The notes below the pieces were generated by a model. The model searched no databases and had not been told where the DNA came from. It saw only the letters and a list, made by a program, of their open reading frames with translations. Position numbers and translations under genes: made by a program. Shown piece by piece: positions 8,986 to 18,812 of a stretch of DNA of 64,000 nucleotides. This DNA is from Promethearchaeia archaeon (GTDB lineage Archaea > Asgardarchaeota > Lokiarchaeia > Sigyniarchaeales > SOKP01): NCBI GenBank assembly GCA_046483985.1, contig JAWOCD010000011.1:9202-73201 (forward strand), read 5' to 3'. Positions within the stretch are counted from its first letter, which is position 1. Each line of letters starts with the position of its first letter.

Positions 8986-9807
8986 TTATTTTAAGTAGTA
9001 TTTTTTGTATAAAAGAATCATCACAAGTGAAGGAATAGCCGTAGAAAATAATACATCAGAGGCAAAATGGGCAGTCACGACCACTCTAGATGCTCCCACA
9101 AGCAATCCCCAGAAAATGACTCCAATCCACGTCATAATTTTAACTGGATCCTTCCACTCTCGGTCTTTCACCAGCAGGAGAATCGGTAGTAACATCCATC
9201 CCATTGATGTGTGGCCACTTGGAAAAGATTTGTTTCCGGTCACACCATTTATAACGAACCACGGTGTAAATAATTCTTCATTTCCTCCTAATACATGCCG
9301 AGGTCGAACTCTCCCCCATAAGAGTTTCATGGTTTGCACGGTTATTAACGGGTAGATGATGGCTAACAACACCACCACAATAGCAAAAGTTCGATAATTA
9401 TTCCAGTCCTTATTCATGGTGATAAGAGAAAATAAGACTATGGAAACGCCTATTGCTCCTCCCACATGGATTGAAGAATCATCACCTATAATAAGACCTA
9501 TAATCATGATAATAAACCCGATTACTGCCAATACAAGCGGGGCCTTTTTTTGAGACTTTATATCGTCCGTGTTTTTAGAGGTTTTAATTCCAAGTAAGAT
9601 AGCAATGCCAATGGCAATTAAACCGTATCCTGGTATTTCACCATAGTCTGCACCAAAATTCCCCCACACAGATTCAGTATTCATAACTGCTTTGGTTATT
9701 GCTAAATCCGTAAACCCGAAAATAATTGCTAAAATAATCCACGGAATAATGACAATCAAGAGCATCTTGGCTATGACAGATTCTTTTATTTTATCGCTTA
9801 GACTCAT
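8986..9807 (-). CDS. PAP2-family membrane phosphatase
   Basis: KLLWGRVRP, SFPSGH and SRVVVTAHFASDV motifs. Confidence 0.93.
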   Translation of the reverse strand: MSLSDKIKESVIAKMLLIVIIPWIILAIIFGFTDLAITKAVMNTESVWGNFGADYGEIPGYGLIAIGIAILLGIKTSKNTDDIKSQKKAPLVLAVIGFIIMIIGLIIGDDSSIHVGGAIGVSIVLFSLITMNKDWNNYRTFAIVVVLLAIIYPLITVQTMKLLWGRVRPRHVLGGNEELFTPWFVINGVTGNKSFPSGHTSMGWMLLPILLLVKDREWKDPVKIMTWIGVIFWGLLVGASRVVVTAHFASDVLFSTAIPSLVMILLYKKYYLK

Positions 9808-9976
9808 ATTTATACCTTTTTATTGATTATGTAATAATAATATTCTGTATTTTACTTTAATGTTATTAGGATTTAAAATTTATTATTATATTACTTACTT
9901 CAATGCTGACCAAAAATAATAAATCTCAATTCATTCAATTAATTGTTAAAAACTTTTTTCTCAGAGAAAACTAAGC

Positions 9977-10747
9977 ATGAAAACAAAATCTAATACGGAT
10001 ATAGAGCAATTTTTCGAAGATAAACCTTACATCTTCGCGCATCGGGGTGCAATGGGATATGAAGTGGAAAACACCATGGAGTCCTTTAAAAAGGCTTTGG
10101 ATATGCGAGTGGGGATTGAAACAGATGTACGCCTTACTAAGGATAAGAAACTCGTCTGTTTTCATGATAAGAGTTTTAAGATTAATGAGAGATGGCATTC
10201 CGTCAAAAGAAGTACCTTAAAGGAGCTTCGTGGATATAATTTTAAAGATGACCGTTATATTCCCACCATTAAAGAAGTGTTTGAAGAATTTCAATATTGT
10301 TCCATTTTGCGATATAGTATAGATATAAGTAATAGTCGGGCAGGAAAAAGGCTCATTGATATAGCCAAGGAATTTAATATCTTGAATCGGATTGAGATCA
10401 CCGATACTCGATTGCGAGTTTTAGAAAAGTTAAGAAACTATGATAATAAGGTAAAATTAGTACATACAGTTCCACCTATAGTACAGAAGGTTAAAGATGA
10501 TAATGTAGAATTCCAAAAATTAAAAGATTTAAGTATTGACACACTTAATATTCAATATATCCGTGCGGACGAAGAGAATTTTGAGTTAATCGTTGATCAT
10601 GGGTTCCACTGTTATGTCTGGGGCGTAAATCGATCGGTATGGATGAAGCGAATACTAAAACTCAGACATCACGGTGAGTTTGTTAGAGCTCTCTACAGTA
10701 ATTACCCAGACAAGCTGAAACGGTTAAGAAAAGAATGTTTTGGCTAA
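9977..10747 (+). CDS. Glycerophosphodiester phosphodiesterase (GDPD/UgpQ family)
   Basis: FAHRGA, ENTMESF, ETDVRLTKD and CFHD motifs. Confidence 0.92.
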   Translation: MKTKSNTDIEQFFEDKPYIFAHRGAMGYEVENTMESFKKALDMRVGIETDVRLTKDKKLVCFHDKSFKINERWHSVKRSTLKELRGYNFKDDRYIPTIKEVFEEFQYCSILRYSIDISNSRAGKRLIDIAKEFNILNRIEITDTRLRVLEKLRNYDNKVKLVHTVPPIVQKVKDDNVEFQKLKDLSIDTLNIQYIRADEENFELIVDHGFHCYVWGVNRSVWMKRILKLRHHGEFVRALYSNYPDKLKRLRKECFG

Positions 10748-10910
10748 CTCATTCTCGACATATTGCGCTATGTTTAGATTGCATAGTATCCCAGTTTTTC
10801 ACTTTTTTTCAAAAAAGGACTAATTACTCACTTATAGGATAAACTTGATATGGAATGCAGTCTAAATTAAATATGAATGGATATCAATTACTAAGTGAAG
10901 GAGAAAATCG

Positions 10911-11573
10911 ATGAAAGAGATTGTGAAAGATGTGTATCATGTCGGTGATTGGGGATGTTCTGTTTTTCTTGTTGACACAAAAAGTGAGGGTGGATATGTC
11001 CTAATTGATTGCGGGTTAAATATTCAATTGCTCGATAAGATTGAGCAATATGGATTAGACCCCCATAATATTAAGCACTGTATTATTACTCATGCGCATA
11101 TTGATCATATCGGCGCTTGTACTGAGCTACGCGATTTCAACCCCCGAATAAAATTTTACGCTCACAAAAAGGATGCAGCGGCTATTGAAGAAAAAGGTCA
11201 CGACAGGAAAACCGCCGCCTCGTGGTACGGCATAGATTATCAGCCTATTCCCTTATTTAAAAAATTCGAGAAAGACAAAGAAACTCTTCAAATTGGCGGG
11301 TACACATTTCAATGCATCCATACCCCTGGACATACCCCAGGGTCTATCTCTGTCTTTGTTAAAATCGACGAAAAAAAGGTACTTTTTGGACAAGATGTCC
11401 ATGGCCCCTTCCGAAATAGTTTTGGATCTGATTTGAACGAATATCAAAAATCAATGGAGAGACTTCTCGATCTTGATGCAGATATTTTATGTGAAGGTCA
11501 TTTTGGAGTGTTTCGCCCTGCAAAAAAAGTAGAACAATATATTAAAAAACATATAGCTCAGAATGAACCCTAA
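10911..11573 (+). CDS. Metallo-beta-lactamase-fold hydrolase (glyoxalase II-like)
   Basis: THAHIDHIG, TPGHTPGS and CEGH motifs. Confidence 0.92.
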   Translation: MKEIVKDVYHVGDWGCSVFLVDTKSEGGYVLIDCGLNIQLLDKIEQYGLDPHNIKHCIITHAHIDHIGACTELRDFNPRIKFYAHKKDAAAIEEKGHDRKTAASWYGIDYQPIPLFKKFEKDKETLQIGGYTFQCIHTPGHTPGSISVFVKIDEKKVLFGQDVHGPFRNSFGSDLNEYQKSMERLLDLDADILCEGHFGVFRPAKKVEQYIKKHIAQNEP

Positions 11574-12136
11574 AAGTTTGAAATGATTTTTTGAAAAAGC
11601 AAATTAAATGCTTTATCCACGTTCTTGTTTAATTTCGCCGAAGTTTCTATGTAAGGAGCTCCCAATATTGTACATTTTTTTTCAATCGCTGTTTCGGGAA
11701 CTTCCCGATTTTCCCCATCAAATAAATCTATTTTGTTTCCCACAATCACATAAGGGATATCACCGCATTTTTCGTGTATCTTTTCTACCCAGAAGTCCAA
11801 GTGGTTAAAGGTTTCATAGTTATTAAGATTAAACACGACCATTGCTCCGTGCGCATCTTCAAAATAATAATTAGTGACAAATAGGGTATTTTTTTGTCCG
11901 CCTATATCCCAGAAATAAATTTTAAATCCTTTTTGTCTCATTTTCTTTCGAGACTTGAAATCTTTAAACTCGATTTTATCAAGAATTTCGGTTAAATTAA
12001 TTTCGTTAACTATAAAATTAGCGCCCACGGTCTGATTATATTCATCCCTGAAGATTCCTTCGGAATAACGCAAAAGAAGACTCGTTTTGCCCACCATCGA
12101 ATCTCCGCACATCACGACCTTCCCTGTATAGCTCAT
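11570..12136 (-). CDS. Rab-like small GTPase (Ras superfamily)
   Basis: G1 GDSMVGKTS, G2 TVG, G3 WDIGGQ, G4 NKID, G5 ETSAK; no C-terminal prenylation Cys. Confidence 0.93.
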   Translation of the reverse strand: MSYTGKVVMCGDSMVGKTSLLLRYSEGIFRDEYNQTVGANFIVNEINLTEILDKIEFKDFKSRKKMRQKGFKIYFWDIGGQKNTLFVTNYYFEDAHGAMVVFNLNNYETFNHLDFWVEKIHEKCGDIPYVIVGNKIDLFDGENREVPETAIEKKCTILGAPYIETSAKLNKNVDKAFNLLFQKIISNF

Positions 12137-12463
12137 GGTTATTTTTGATTCATATCTGTTTATTGACTGATTTTTGGTCTATATCTTTTTATATTCATAA
12201 CTAATATATAAATCTTTCACTCATTACTCACTCTTAGGTGAAAAGACAAACATCAAATATTAAAAATAAGGAATCACAGACAAATTTAAGGAGTATAAAA
12301 TAAAAAAACAAAAAAGCAATAAGATGCACAGATGATACATAGTCACATGGTACATTTATTGCATGCGTTAATTATTTCGAATGGTGCGATAATCATTAGA
12401 AATGGGTTAGTTCTCTATTTCTAAGTACTTATTGCATTAAAAGATAGAACGTTCTTTGGTATT

Positions 12464-12712
12464 TTAATATCTTTGGCTTCTTCGTGGGGCTTCTTCGGTA
12501 ACTTCCACATTCTCTGCTTGAGGACCTTTCTCTCCTTCAACTATCTCAAATTCAACTTTATCTCCTTCATACATTGTCTTGAAGGAATCTTCTGGCCCTT
12601 CAATTGCCGAATAATGGACGAATACATCTTCCTCTTCGCCCTCTTCAGTAGTGTAAGTTATGAACCCATAGCCCTTACGCGAGTTAAACCATTTAACGGT
12701 ACCCTCGGTCAA
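12464..12712 (-). CDS. cspA: Cold-shock domain protein
   Basis: GTVKWFN, RNP1 KGYGFI, RNP2 [15 protein letters not shown]. Confidence 0.95.
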   Translation of the reverse strand: MTEGTVKWFNSRKGYGFITYTTEEGEEEDVFVHYSAIEGPEDSFKTMYEGDKVEFEIVEGEKGPQAENVEVTEEAPRRSQRY

Positions 12713-12961
12713 TTAAATCACTCAATTGTTACTTATTGTTTGTTAATTTAATTATATTTAATTTAGATATAACTATATTTAAGTAATAAACCATAATATA
12801 AAAAAATTATTAGGAATTAAGAGAACTATGCATACGACACCAGAACGTGTAATATTCACAAAATTATCTCAAAATTTTAGAGAAAATCTTTTTTTTGGTA
12901 TCGCTAAGAAATAAAAAAATTGAAATTAATAATAATTATTAATGAAATAGGTCGAAAATTT

Positions 12962-13456
12962 TTAGTCAGGATGCTCGATATGTTTGTCCCATATCGCCAG
13001 GTTTTTCTTACCGCCCATGCTAAAGGAATCATAGAGATCGGTAAAAAGATTCTCTTCTTCCATTTGCTCGTCGATAAACCAATTTAATAGGTCATATGCA
13101 TAGTACTCCTCTTTCTGTTTAGCCAAATCCATAAGATTTTCAATTGTACTGGAAATGTGCTCTTCGTGACTGATGGCTTCTTTTAATACTTGTTCCACAT
13201 TTTCATAATCGGTAGAGACCTTTTCAATTGTTCCATACTCTACTTTTCCACCAGCTTCTACGATATAGTCAACAAATTTCATTGCATGTTCATATTCTTC
13301 TTTTTCCGCATGGATTCGTAAAAATCTCGCTAATCCTTTAAGCCCTTGGGATTCTGCCCACGCCGCCATTCCTAAATAAATATATCCTGACCTAAGTTCT
13401 TCTACAATTTGATTATTCATTAAGTCATTCATTTCCTTGGAAATAAAATTAACCAT
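12962..13456 (-). CDS. ftnA: Non-haem ferritin
   Basis: NQIVEEL..Y, EEYEHAMK, HEEHIS and WFIDEQMEEE ferroxidase-centre motifs. Confidence 0.9.
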   Translation of the reverse strand: MVNFISKEMNDLMNNQIVEELRSGYIYLGMAAWAESQGLKGLARFLRIHAEKEEYEHAMKFVDYIVEAGGKVEYGTIEKVSTDYENVEQVLKEAISHEEHISSTIENLMDLAKQKEEYYAYDLLNWFIDEQMEEENLFTDLYDSFSMGGKKNLAIWDKHIEHPD

Positions 13457-13622
13457 TTTTATCCACCTACTATCTTTTTGATTTATCGAATTAAAAAGAC
13501 TTTATATTATAATTTATAAAAATCAATGGGAGATATGGTAGATAAAAAATTTGGAGATCAGACTATTATATCTATGGGAATCTTATCGGTATGAATATAT
13601 TAATTTGTTCTTTCGCAGATCG

Positions 13623-14441
13623 TTAATAACTAAAAAACTTTTTAATCTCCCTATTGCGGTGTTTTATATCACTTTCCCTGACAAATTCGTGGTCCATATC
13701 TTCAATTAAATAGGTAGAGGGTTGCTTATTGGATTGCTGAAAAATCTCATCAATCTCTTCAGGCGGAGTGAGCTTGTCCTCCTTACCAGCAATTATCTTT
13801 AGTTCATTCAATTTAAGCTTACTCACGATGATGCGAATTTGATATTTCTCGTTTTCAAGCTCTTCCCTCGTCATTTCAATAAATTGCTCCTCATCATCTA
13901 TCCCCTTTACATTACCAGGCACAAATTTATTTAAATACCGTAGTCCTGCTTCAAAATCTTTATGGTTTATATGTCTTTTTAAATCCAAGATAGGAGAAAT
14001 TAGGAGGACCTTGTTAAAAAATTCAATTTGAGAGCATACAATCAATCCAATAAAGGCTCCGAAATCGTGCGCGATGAGATGAATCTCGGATAGGTCAAAT
14101 ATTCCTTTTTCCGCCATTTTTTCGATAAATTCTCTGATTTTCATAGCATCCTTCACTTGGGAAGTAATGGAAACAGATCCTTCACTGATTCTATAGCCAC
14201 GAAAGTCAAACACTAAAAATGCATATCCCATATCCAGTAAGGGCTGATGTTTCTTTACAATTTCTTGTAATGGATCTAGTTGAGGAAATCCATGAAAAAA
14301 TGTTACCAAAGGATAGGGTTTGTTGACGTATTGTGGTGGGAAATATAATACTCCCCTTAGAAGCTCTCCGTCAATCTTAATCTGGATCTCGGAAACTTCA
14401 TAAGGTCCATCAAATTGTCTCTCTCTATCTTCAAATTCCAT
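13623..14441 (-). CDS. Alpha/beta-fold hydrolase (Asp at the nucleophile elbow)
   Basis: FFHGFP, FDFRGY..SEG, AHDFG elbow, GKEDKL and DHEF. Confidence 0.82.
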   Translation of the reverse strand: MEFEDRERQFDGPYEVSEIQIKIDGELLRGVLYFPPQYVNKPYPLVTFFHGFPQLDPLQEIVKKHQPLLDMGYAFLVFDFRGYRISEGSVSITSQVKDAMKIREFIEKMAEKGIFDLSEIHLIAHDFGAFIGLIVCSQIEFFNKVLLISPILDLKRHINHKDFEAGLRYLNKFVPGNVKGIDDEEQFIEMTREELENEKYQIRIIVSKLKLNELKIIAGKEDKLTPPEEIDEIFQQSNKQPSTYLIEDMDHEFVRESDIKHRNREIKKFFSY

Positions 14442-14527
14442 ATCACAGCACCTTTATTAAATAATCAAAAGTTTTTTCTTAGTTTAATTATTTGGTTTAT
14501 TAAAATTAAAGTCTTGTTATATTTTAT

Positions 14528-15376
14528 ATGAAAGTTTTAGAAGATTGGCACACCCATCATAAACGTTGCCGGCACGCAGAAGGGATGATCGAAGATTATA
14601 TCAAATCTGCTCTTGATTCTGGAGTCACCTCTATCGGAGTGAGCGACCACTTTCCGTACGAGTTTTTGAATGATCTCGACCGTATCCCTCATGAGGAATA
14701 TGGAATGAGTTTAACGGAGATAACTAGTTATTTAGATGATATTAATACCCTGCAAAAAAAATATGGCGAGAAAATTACCATTCGTGCCGGATTTGAAATT
14801 GATTTCCTCCTCAATCAAGAACATTTATTAAATAAGCAACTCGACAAATTTAAAGAAAAATTAGATTATATTCTTGGATCCGTCCACATTTTAGAAGGAG
14901 ACCGGGGTAAATGGAGTTTCGATGATTCTCGATTTCTCCAAGAATATAAAGATATCGGAGTCGACCAAGTCTATTTAGCCTACTATGAAACCCTCCAAAA
15001 AATGATTTTGTCTGATTCCTTTGATTTTGATATAGTTAGCCATTTTGATTTACCCAAAAAGTTTAACCTCTTTCCCAAGCAAAAAGAGACTGTCCAGAAT
15101 GAAGCTTTCGAAACCTTGGAACTTATTAAAGAGAATGAAAAAGTAATGGAGATCAATACAGGGGGATTGCGAAAAGAAGTCAAGCAACAATATCCCAGCA
15201 AAAGAATTATTGAGGAAATGTTTAGTTTGGGCATTCCCGTTCTATTAGGATCCGATGCCCATCATCCCTCCGAGGTTGCCTTCGAATTTGGTCAAATGAA
15301 ATCTATGTTAAAAGAGATTGGTTATAATCGATTGGCTCATTTCGAAAACCGGACGATGCATTTCGTCGATTTATGA
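14528..15376 (+). CDS. hisJ: PHP-family histidinol-phosphatase (HisJ/HisK type)
   Basis: DWHTH...RCRHA, SDH, GSVH, SHFDLPKK, EINTGGLRK and GSDAH motifs. Confidence 0.88.
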   Translation: MKVLEDWHTHHKRCRHAEGMIEDYIKSALDSGVTSIGVSDHFPYEFLNDLDRIPHEEYGMSLTEITSYLDDINTLQKKYGEKITIRAGFEIDFLLNQEHLLNKQLDKFKEKLDYILGSVHILEGDRGKWSFDDSRFLQEYKDIGVDQVYLAYYETLQKMILSDSFDFDIVSHFDLPKKFNLFPKQKETVQNEAFETLELIKENEKVMEINTGGLRKEVKQQYPSKRIIEEMFSLGIPVLLGSDAHHPSEVAFEFGQMKSMLKEIGYNRLAHFENRTMHFVDL

Positions 15377-15443
15377 AAGACTAAAAGTTTAAACTTTTCT
15401 CCATTTCAAAGTTTATGGGCGTTTTCCTTAACTTCTTAATTCT

Positions 15444-17177
15444 TTACTCCAGAACATCATCTAAAACTCGGCCGTCAACCATTTTCCCATCAAATTCGAC
15501 CCCCAAGGCTGCTAATAGGGTGGGAAGAACGTCAATATTTCTTCCGTAGGGAATTTCGTAATTCTTTTTAATTCCCGGACCTGAAATCGTTAGCGGAACA
15601 ATGCTCTCAACTGCATAAACCCCTCCATGGGATTGAACGTTTTGAATTGCCTTTTCCTTTTTATTCACAATTTGGTTCACATTGACAAACCGATAATCAT
15701 AGTCGGAGGTAACTACAAAATTGGGCGCATGAATGCAATCAAAGAAACCAAAAAGTCTGTGGATTATATCTGGTAAAGGGTGATCAATGGTTGCCTGAAG
15801 CCATTCTTGTTTTGAATAATATTTCTTATATTCTAAATCAATATCAGCGTATTTTAAGGGATCCCTTCCCTCTGTACATTTATAAGCATATTCAATTGCC
15901 CCCGCGTGATATCTTCGCATGATTTTTCCAGTTCCTTCCCCGTCAAATAGATCAATAGAATAAGGACGGGGGATTGGTTCTTCCATACGCTCTTTAGAAT
16001 TACTTATCGGTATCGGAAGGCTCACATCTTCCCGGGGGATAATAACGAATTGGGTATACTCCTTATCGGTATAATACTCAATTAAATTAAGAGGGTTTCC
16101 CTTTTTCGTTTTCCTGTTGTAATTTCGAAAATAAGGCGCCCCGTAAAATCTACGAAAATCCTCCGAACAGCTCCCTTTTGGTCCACCAAACCAACAATGC
16201 CATTGTTCAGAAGCACAAACTGTAAATACATCTATCCTTGATAAATCGCCGTCCAAATTATCCAGTTCATCTAATTTCTCCTCATTTTCGTTTTCGATCA
16301 CGTTAAGTTTTAATCGTTTGTCGGTAATGGTATCAATAAATACATATTTACTCGGATCGATTTTTCGGCCGGCATGATCCGTGCAGATATTCCAAATAAT
16401 ATGGTCATAGAGTCCTAACTCCTTTAACCCAGGGATATGGTTTCCCTTCTTATCTTCTAAACCCTCTACAAGGCATTTTATGAAATAATCCAAGAGCTCG
16501 ATTGATGCTTCATATTCTTTCGAATCAAAACCATAATGATGGGCATTTCCGTCTGATAAGAGAAAGACAATAAAGGTGGCTTGAGGAAAATCTTCTGGCT
16601 TTTTTATTTTCTTTAGGAATCTAATGATGTTTTTATGGAAAAATCTTTTCCAGAATTCAGGGGATTCAATAGGACTCTGTTCGGTGTGACTTTTCCGTTT
16701 TATTTTCCATAGCAAGGGCAAAAACCGAAACAAAATTGTGGTTAAGTTGAGAAGTTTTATGTCTGCACCGCGATGTATGGCATGAAATGAAGCAGACTTG
16801 TCGGTATGTTCAAATATTGTTTTGCATACGGGATAAATTCGGTCTTTATTCATTGCCCTTAAGGCAGAAATGGATATATCCTCAACGTTTATATATTCGG
16901 GGGAGTTCTTCTGGAAATCCCAGAATTGCGAATGCAAGAGATCATTCTTTCCCGCCCAACATCCCGTCATTAAACTGGTATGGGCATTAGCGGAAGTTGA
17001 CGGATAACCTGTCACCAAATTCCTTGAGATTGAAGCTTTTTCATAGGTCCCCTTATCTGATTTTTCCCCTAAGATATATTTCGTCAAATGCGGGGTTAAA
17101 CCTCTATCCACGATATTAAAAAACACGTCTGGGTTTGCATGGTCCACTAAGAACTGGATCAAATATTTTCTTGCCAT
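15444..17177 (-). CDS. Alkaline-phosphatase-superfamily protein (type I phosphodiesterase/nucleotide pyrophosphatase-like)
   Basis: FLVD, YPSTS...LMTG, DGNAHHYG, TDH, SHGG and IDVLPTL motifs. Confidence 0.82.
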   Translation of the reverse strand: MARKYLIQFLVDHANPDVFFNIVDRGLTPHLTKYILGEKSDKGTYEKASISRNLVTGYPSTSANAHTSLMTGCWAGKNDLLHSQFWDFQKNSPEYINVEDISISALRAMNKDRIYPVCKTIFEHTDKSASFHAIHRGADIKLLNLTTILFRFLPLLWKIKRKSHTEQSPIESPEFWKRFFHKNIIRFLKKIKKPEDFPQATFIVFLLSDGNAHHYGFDSKEYEASIELLDYFIKCLVEGLEDKKGNHIPGLKELGLYDHIIWNICTDHAGRKIDPSKYVFIDTITDKRLKLNVIENENEEKLDELDNLDGDLSRIDVFTVCASEQWHCWFGGPKGSCSEDFRRFYGAPYFRNYNRKTKKGNPLNLIEYYTDKEYTQFVIIPREDVSLPIPISNSKERMEEPIPRPYSIDLFDGEGTGKIMRRYHAGAIEYAYKCTEGRDPLKYADIDLEYKKYYSKQEWLQATIDHPLPDIIHRLFGFFDCIHAPNFVVTSDYDYRFVNVNQIVNKKEKAIQNVQSHGGVYAVESIVPLTISGPGIKKNYEIPYGRNIDVLPTLLAALGVEFDGKMVDGRVLDDVLE

Positions 17178-17263
17178 ATAAAATCAAATAATTCCAAAAT
17201 TAAAAGTTTATTTTTAATTTTTAATTTTTAATCCAAAAAGAGTATAAGAACAGAAGGTAAATA

Positions 17264-18778
17264 TTGATGAATAAAAAGATACCAGTAGTTATTGGTGCTG
17301 CTCAATTTACGCAGTCAAAAGATTTGAAAAAACGCTTGGATCCCTTAGGTTTGATGGAAAAAACCGCAAATATGGCCATAGAAGATACGGAATCCTCTAA
17401 AATTAGAGAAATGATAGATTCGATATTCATGTCTAATATAGTCAGTTGGACTTACAGTGATGCGCCCGGAAAACTCGGAAAACGGTTAAATTTAGACCTC
17501 AAGGAAAAGCACTATATGCCAATTGGTGGAAATACCCCACAATATATGTTAAATAAGGCGGCCGAATCGATTGAGAACGGTGAAATACAAGGGGCTCTTT
17601 TAGTCGGAGGGGAAGCTAATTACTCTACATACAAGGCAAAAAAAGGAAAATATGAATTAGATTGGCCAAAGCGTGAGAAGCCCTCCTATGTTGATGAAAC
17701 GCAACCGTTAGGATTTAATCATTTGATAAAAAGATACAATCTCCTCACATTTCCGACCGGATACGCCCTCTTCGAGACCGCATTACGAGCTGCTCAAGGG
17801 CTTTCCATTCAAGGGTATAAAAATCAAATCGGAGAGCTATTCGCTGAGTTTTCTTCCGTAGCGGCTAAAAATCCCCATGCATGGAGCCAAAAAAATTATA
17901 CAAAGGAAGATATCATCACGCCGGGACCAAAAAATCGGTTAATCTCACATCCCTATACCAAGCGAATGGTCTCTAATCTTTATGTCGATATGTCGGCCGC
18001 TGTTTTAATTACGTCCGCAGATATCGCTTCACAATTACATATTCCTTCCGATAAGTGGGTCTATCCCATGGGAGGAGCAAATTTAATGAATGTGAAATAT
18101 ATGTTACAAAAGCCAAAACTCTATACTTCTCCCGCTATAAAGTATGCAAGTCAACTGGCGTTAAAACAAGCGGGTCTTTCTCTGAATGATATTCATGCGT
18201 TTGATTTATATAGCTGTTTTCCGTGTATGGTACAGATTGCCCGAAGGGAGATAGGTATTCCAAAAGAAGATCCCCGACCTCTAACCCTAACTGGCGGACT
18301 TCCCTATTTTGGCGGACCATTTAATAATTATTCCATGCATGGGATTGTCGAAGCCATTAATTATGTTCGGGATAATCCAGAGAAAAAAGCGTTGGTTCAC
18401 GCTAATGGGGGGTATAATACCAAACAATCCATCGGAATCTATGGAAGCAAACCAGGAAAAAAGGCTTGGAATGACAAAACTGAAGGTGAAGAGAAACAGA
18501 CCCTGATCGACAAAACCGCATTGCCAAAACCCATTAAAAAAGCAAACGGCATCTATGAGATTAAAGGGTATACGATCATCTATAATCGAGATGGAACTCC
18601 AAAAAAAGGGTTAATAGTTGCAGAAAAAACCACGTCAAATCAAAGAACCTATGCGTTTGTAAAACCAAAAGCATTAACGCTTAATAAATTCGTAACCGAA
18701 GAACATGTGGGAAAACATTGCAAGCTGAAATTCGATGAAAATAAATCTGCAAATTATTGTATAGAATTGGATTACTAA
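17264..18778 (+). CDS. Thiolase-like protein type 1 (TLP1) with additional C-terminal domain
   Basis: IGGNTPQ, DLYSCFP and TGGLPYFGGPFNNYSMHGI motifs; extra C-terminal beta domain (YTIIYNRDG). Confidence 0.85.
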   Translation: MMNKKIPVVIGAAQFTQSKDLKKRLDPLGLMEKTANMAIEDTESSKIREMIDSIFMSNIVSWTYSDAPGKLGKRLNLDLKEKHYMPIGGNTPQYMLNKAAESIENGEIQGALLVGGEANYSTYKAKKGKYELDWPKREKPSYVDETQPLGFNHLIKRYNLLTFPTGYALFETALRAAQGLSIQGYKNQIGELFAEFSSVAAKNPHAWSQKNYTKEDIITPGPKNRLISHPYTKRMVSNLYVDMSAAVLITSADIASQLHIPSDKWVYPMGGANLMNVKYMLQKPKLYTSPAIKYASQLALKQAGLSLNDIHAFDLYSCFPCMVQIARREIGIPKEDPRPLTLTGGLPYFGGPFNNYSMHGIVEAINYVRDNPEKKALVHANGGYNTKQSIGIYGSKPGKKAWNDKTEGEEKQTLIDKTALPKPIKKANGIYEIKGYTIIYNRDGTPKKGLIVAEKTTSNQRTYAFVKPKALTLNKFVTEEHVGKHCKLKFDENKSANYCIELDY

Positions 18779-18812
18779 AATGGAGAAAAAAAAGGATTGG
18801 TTAATTTTTTAA

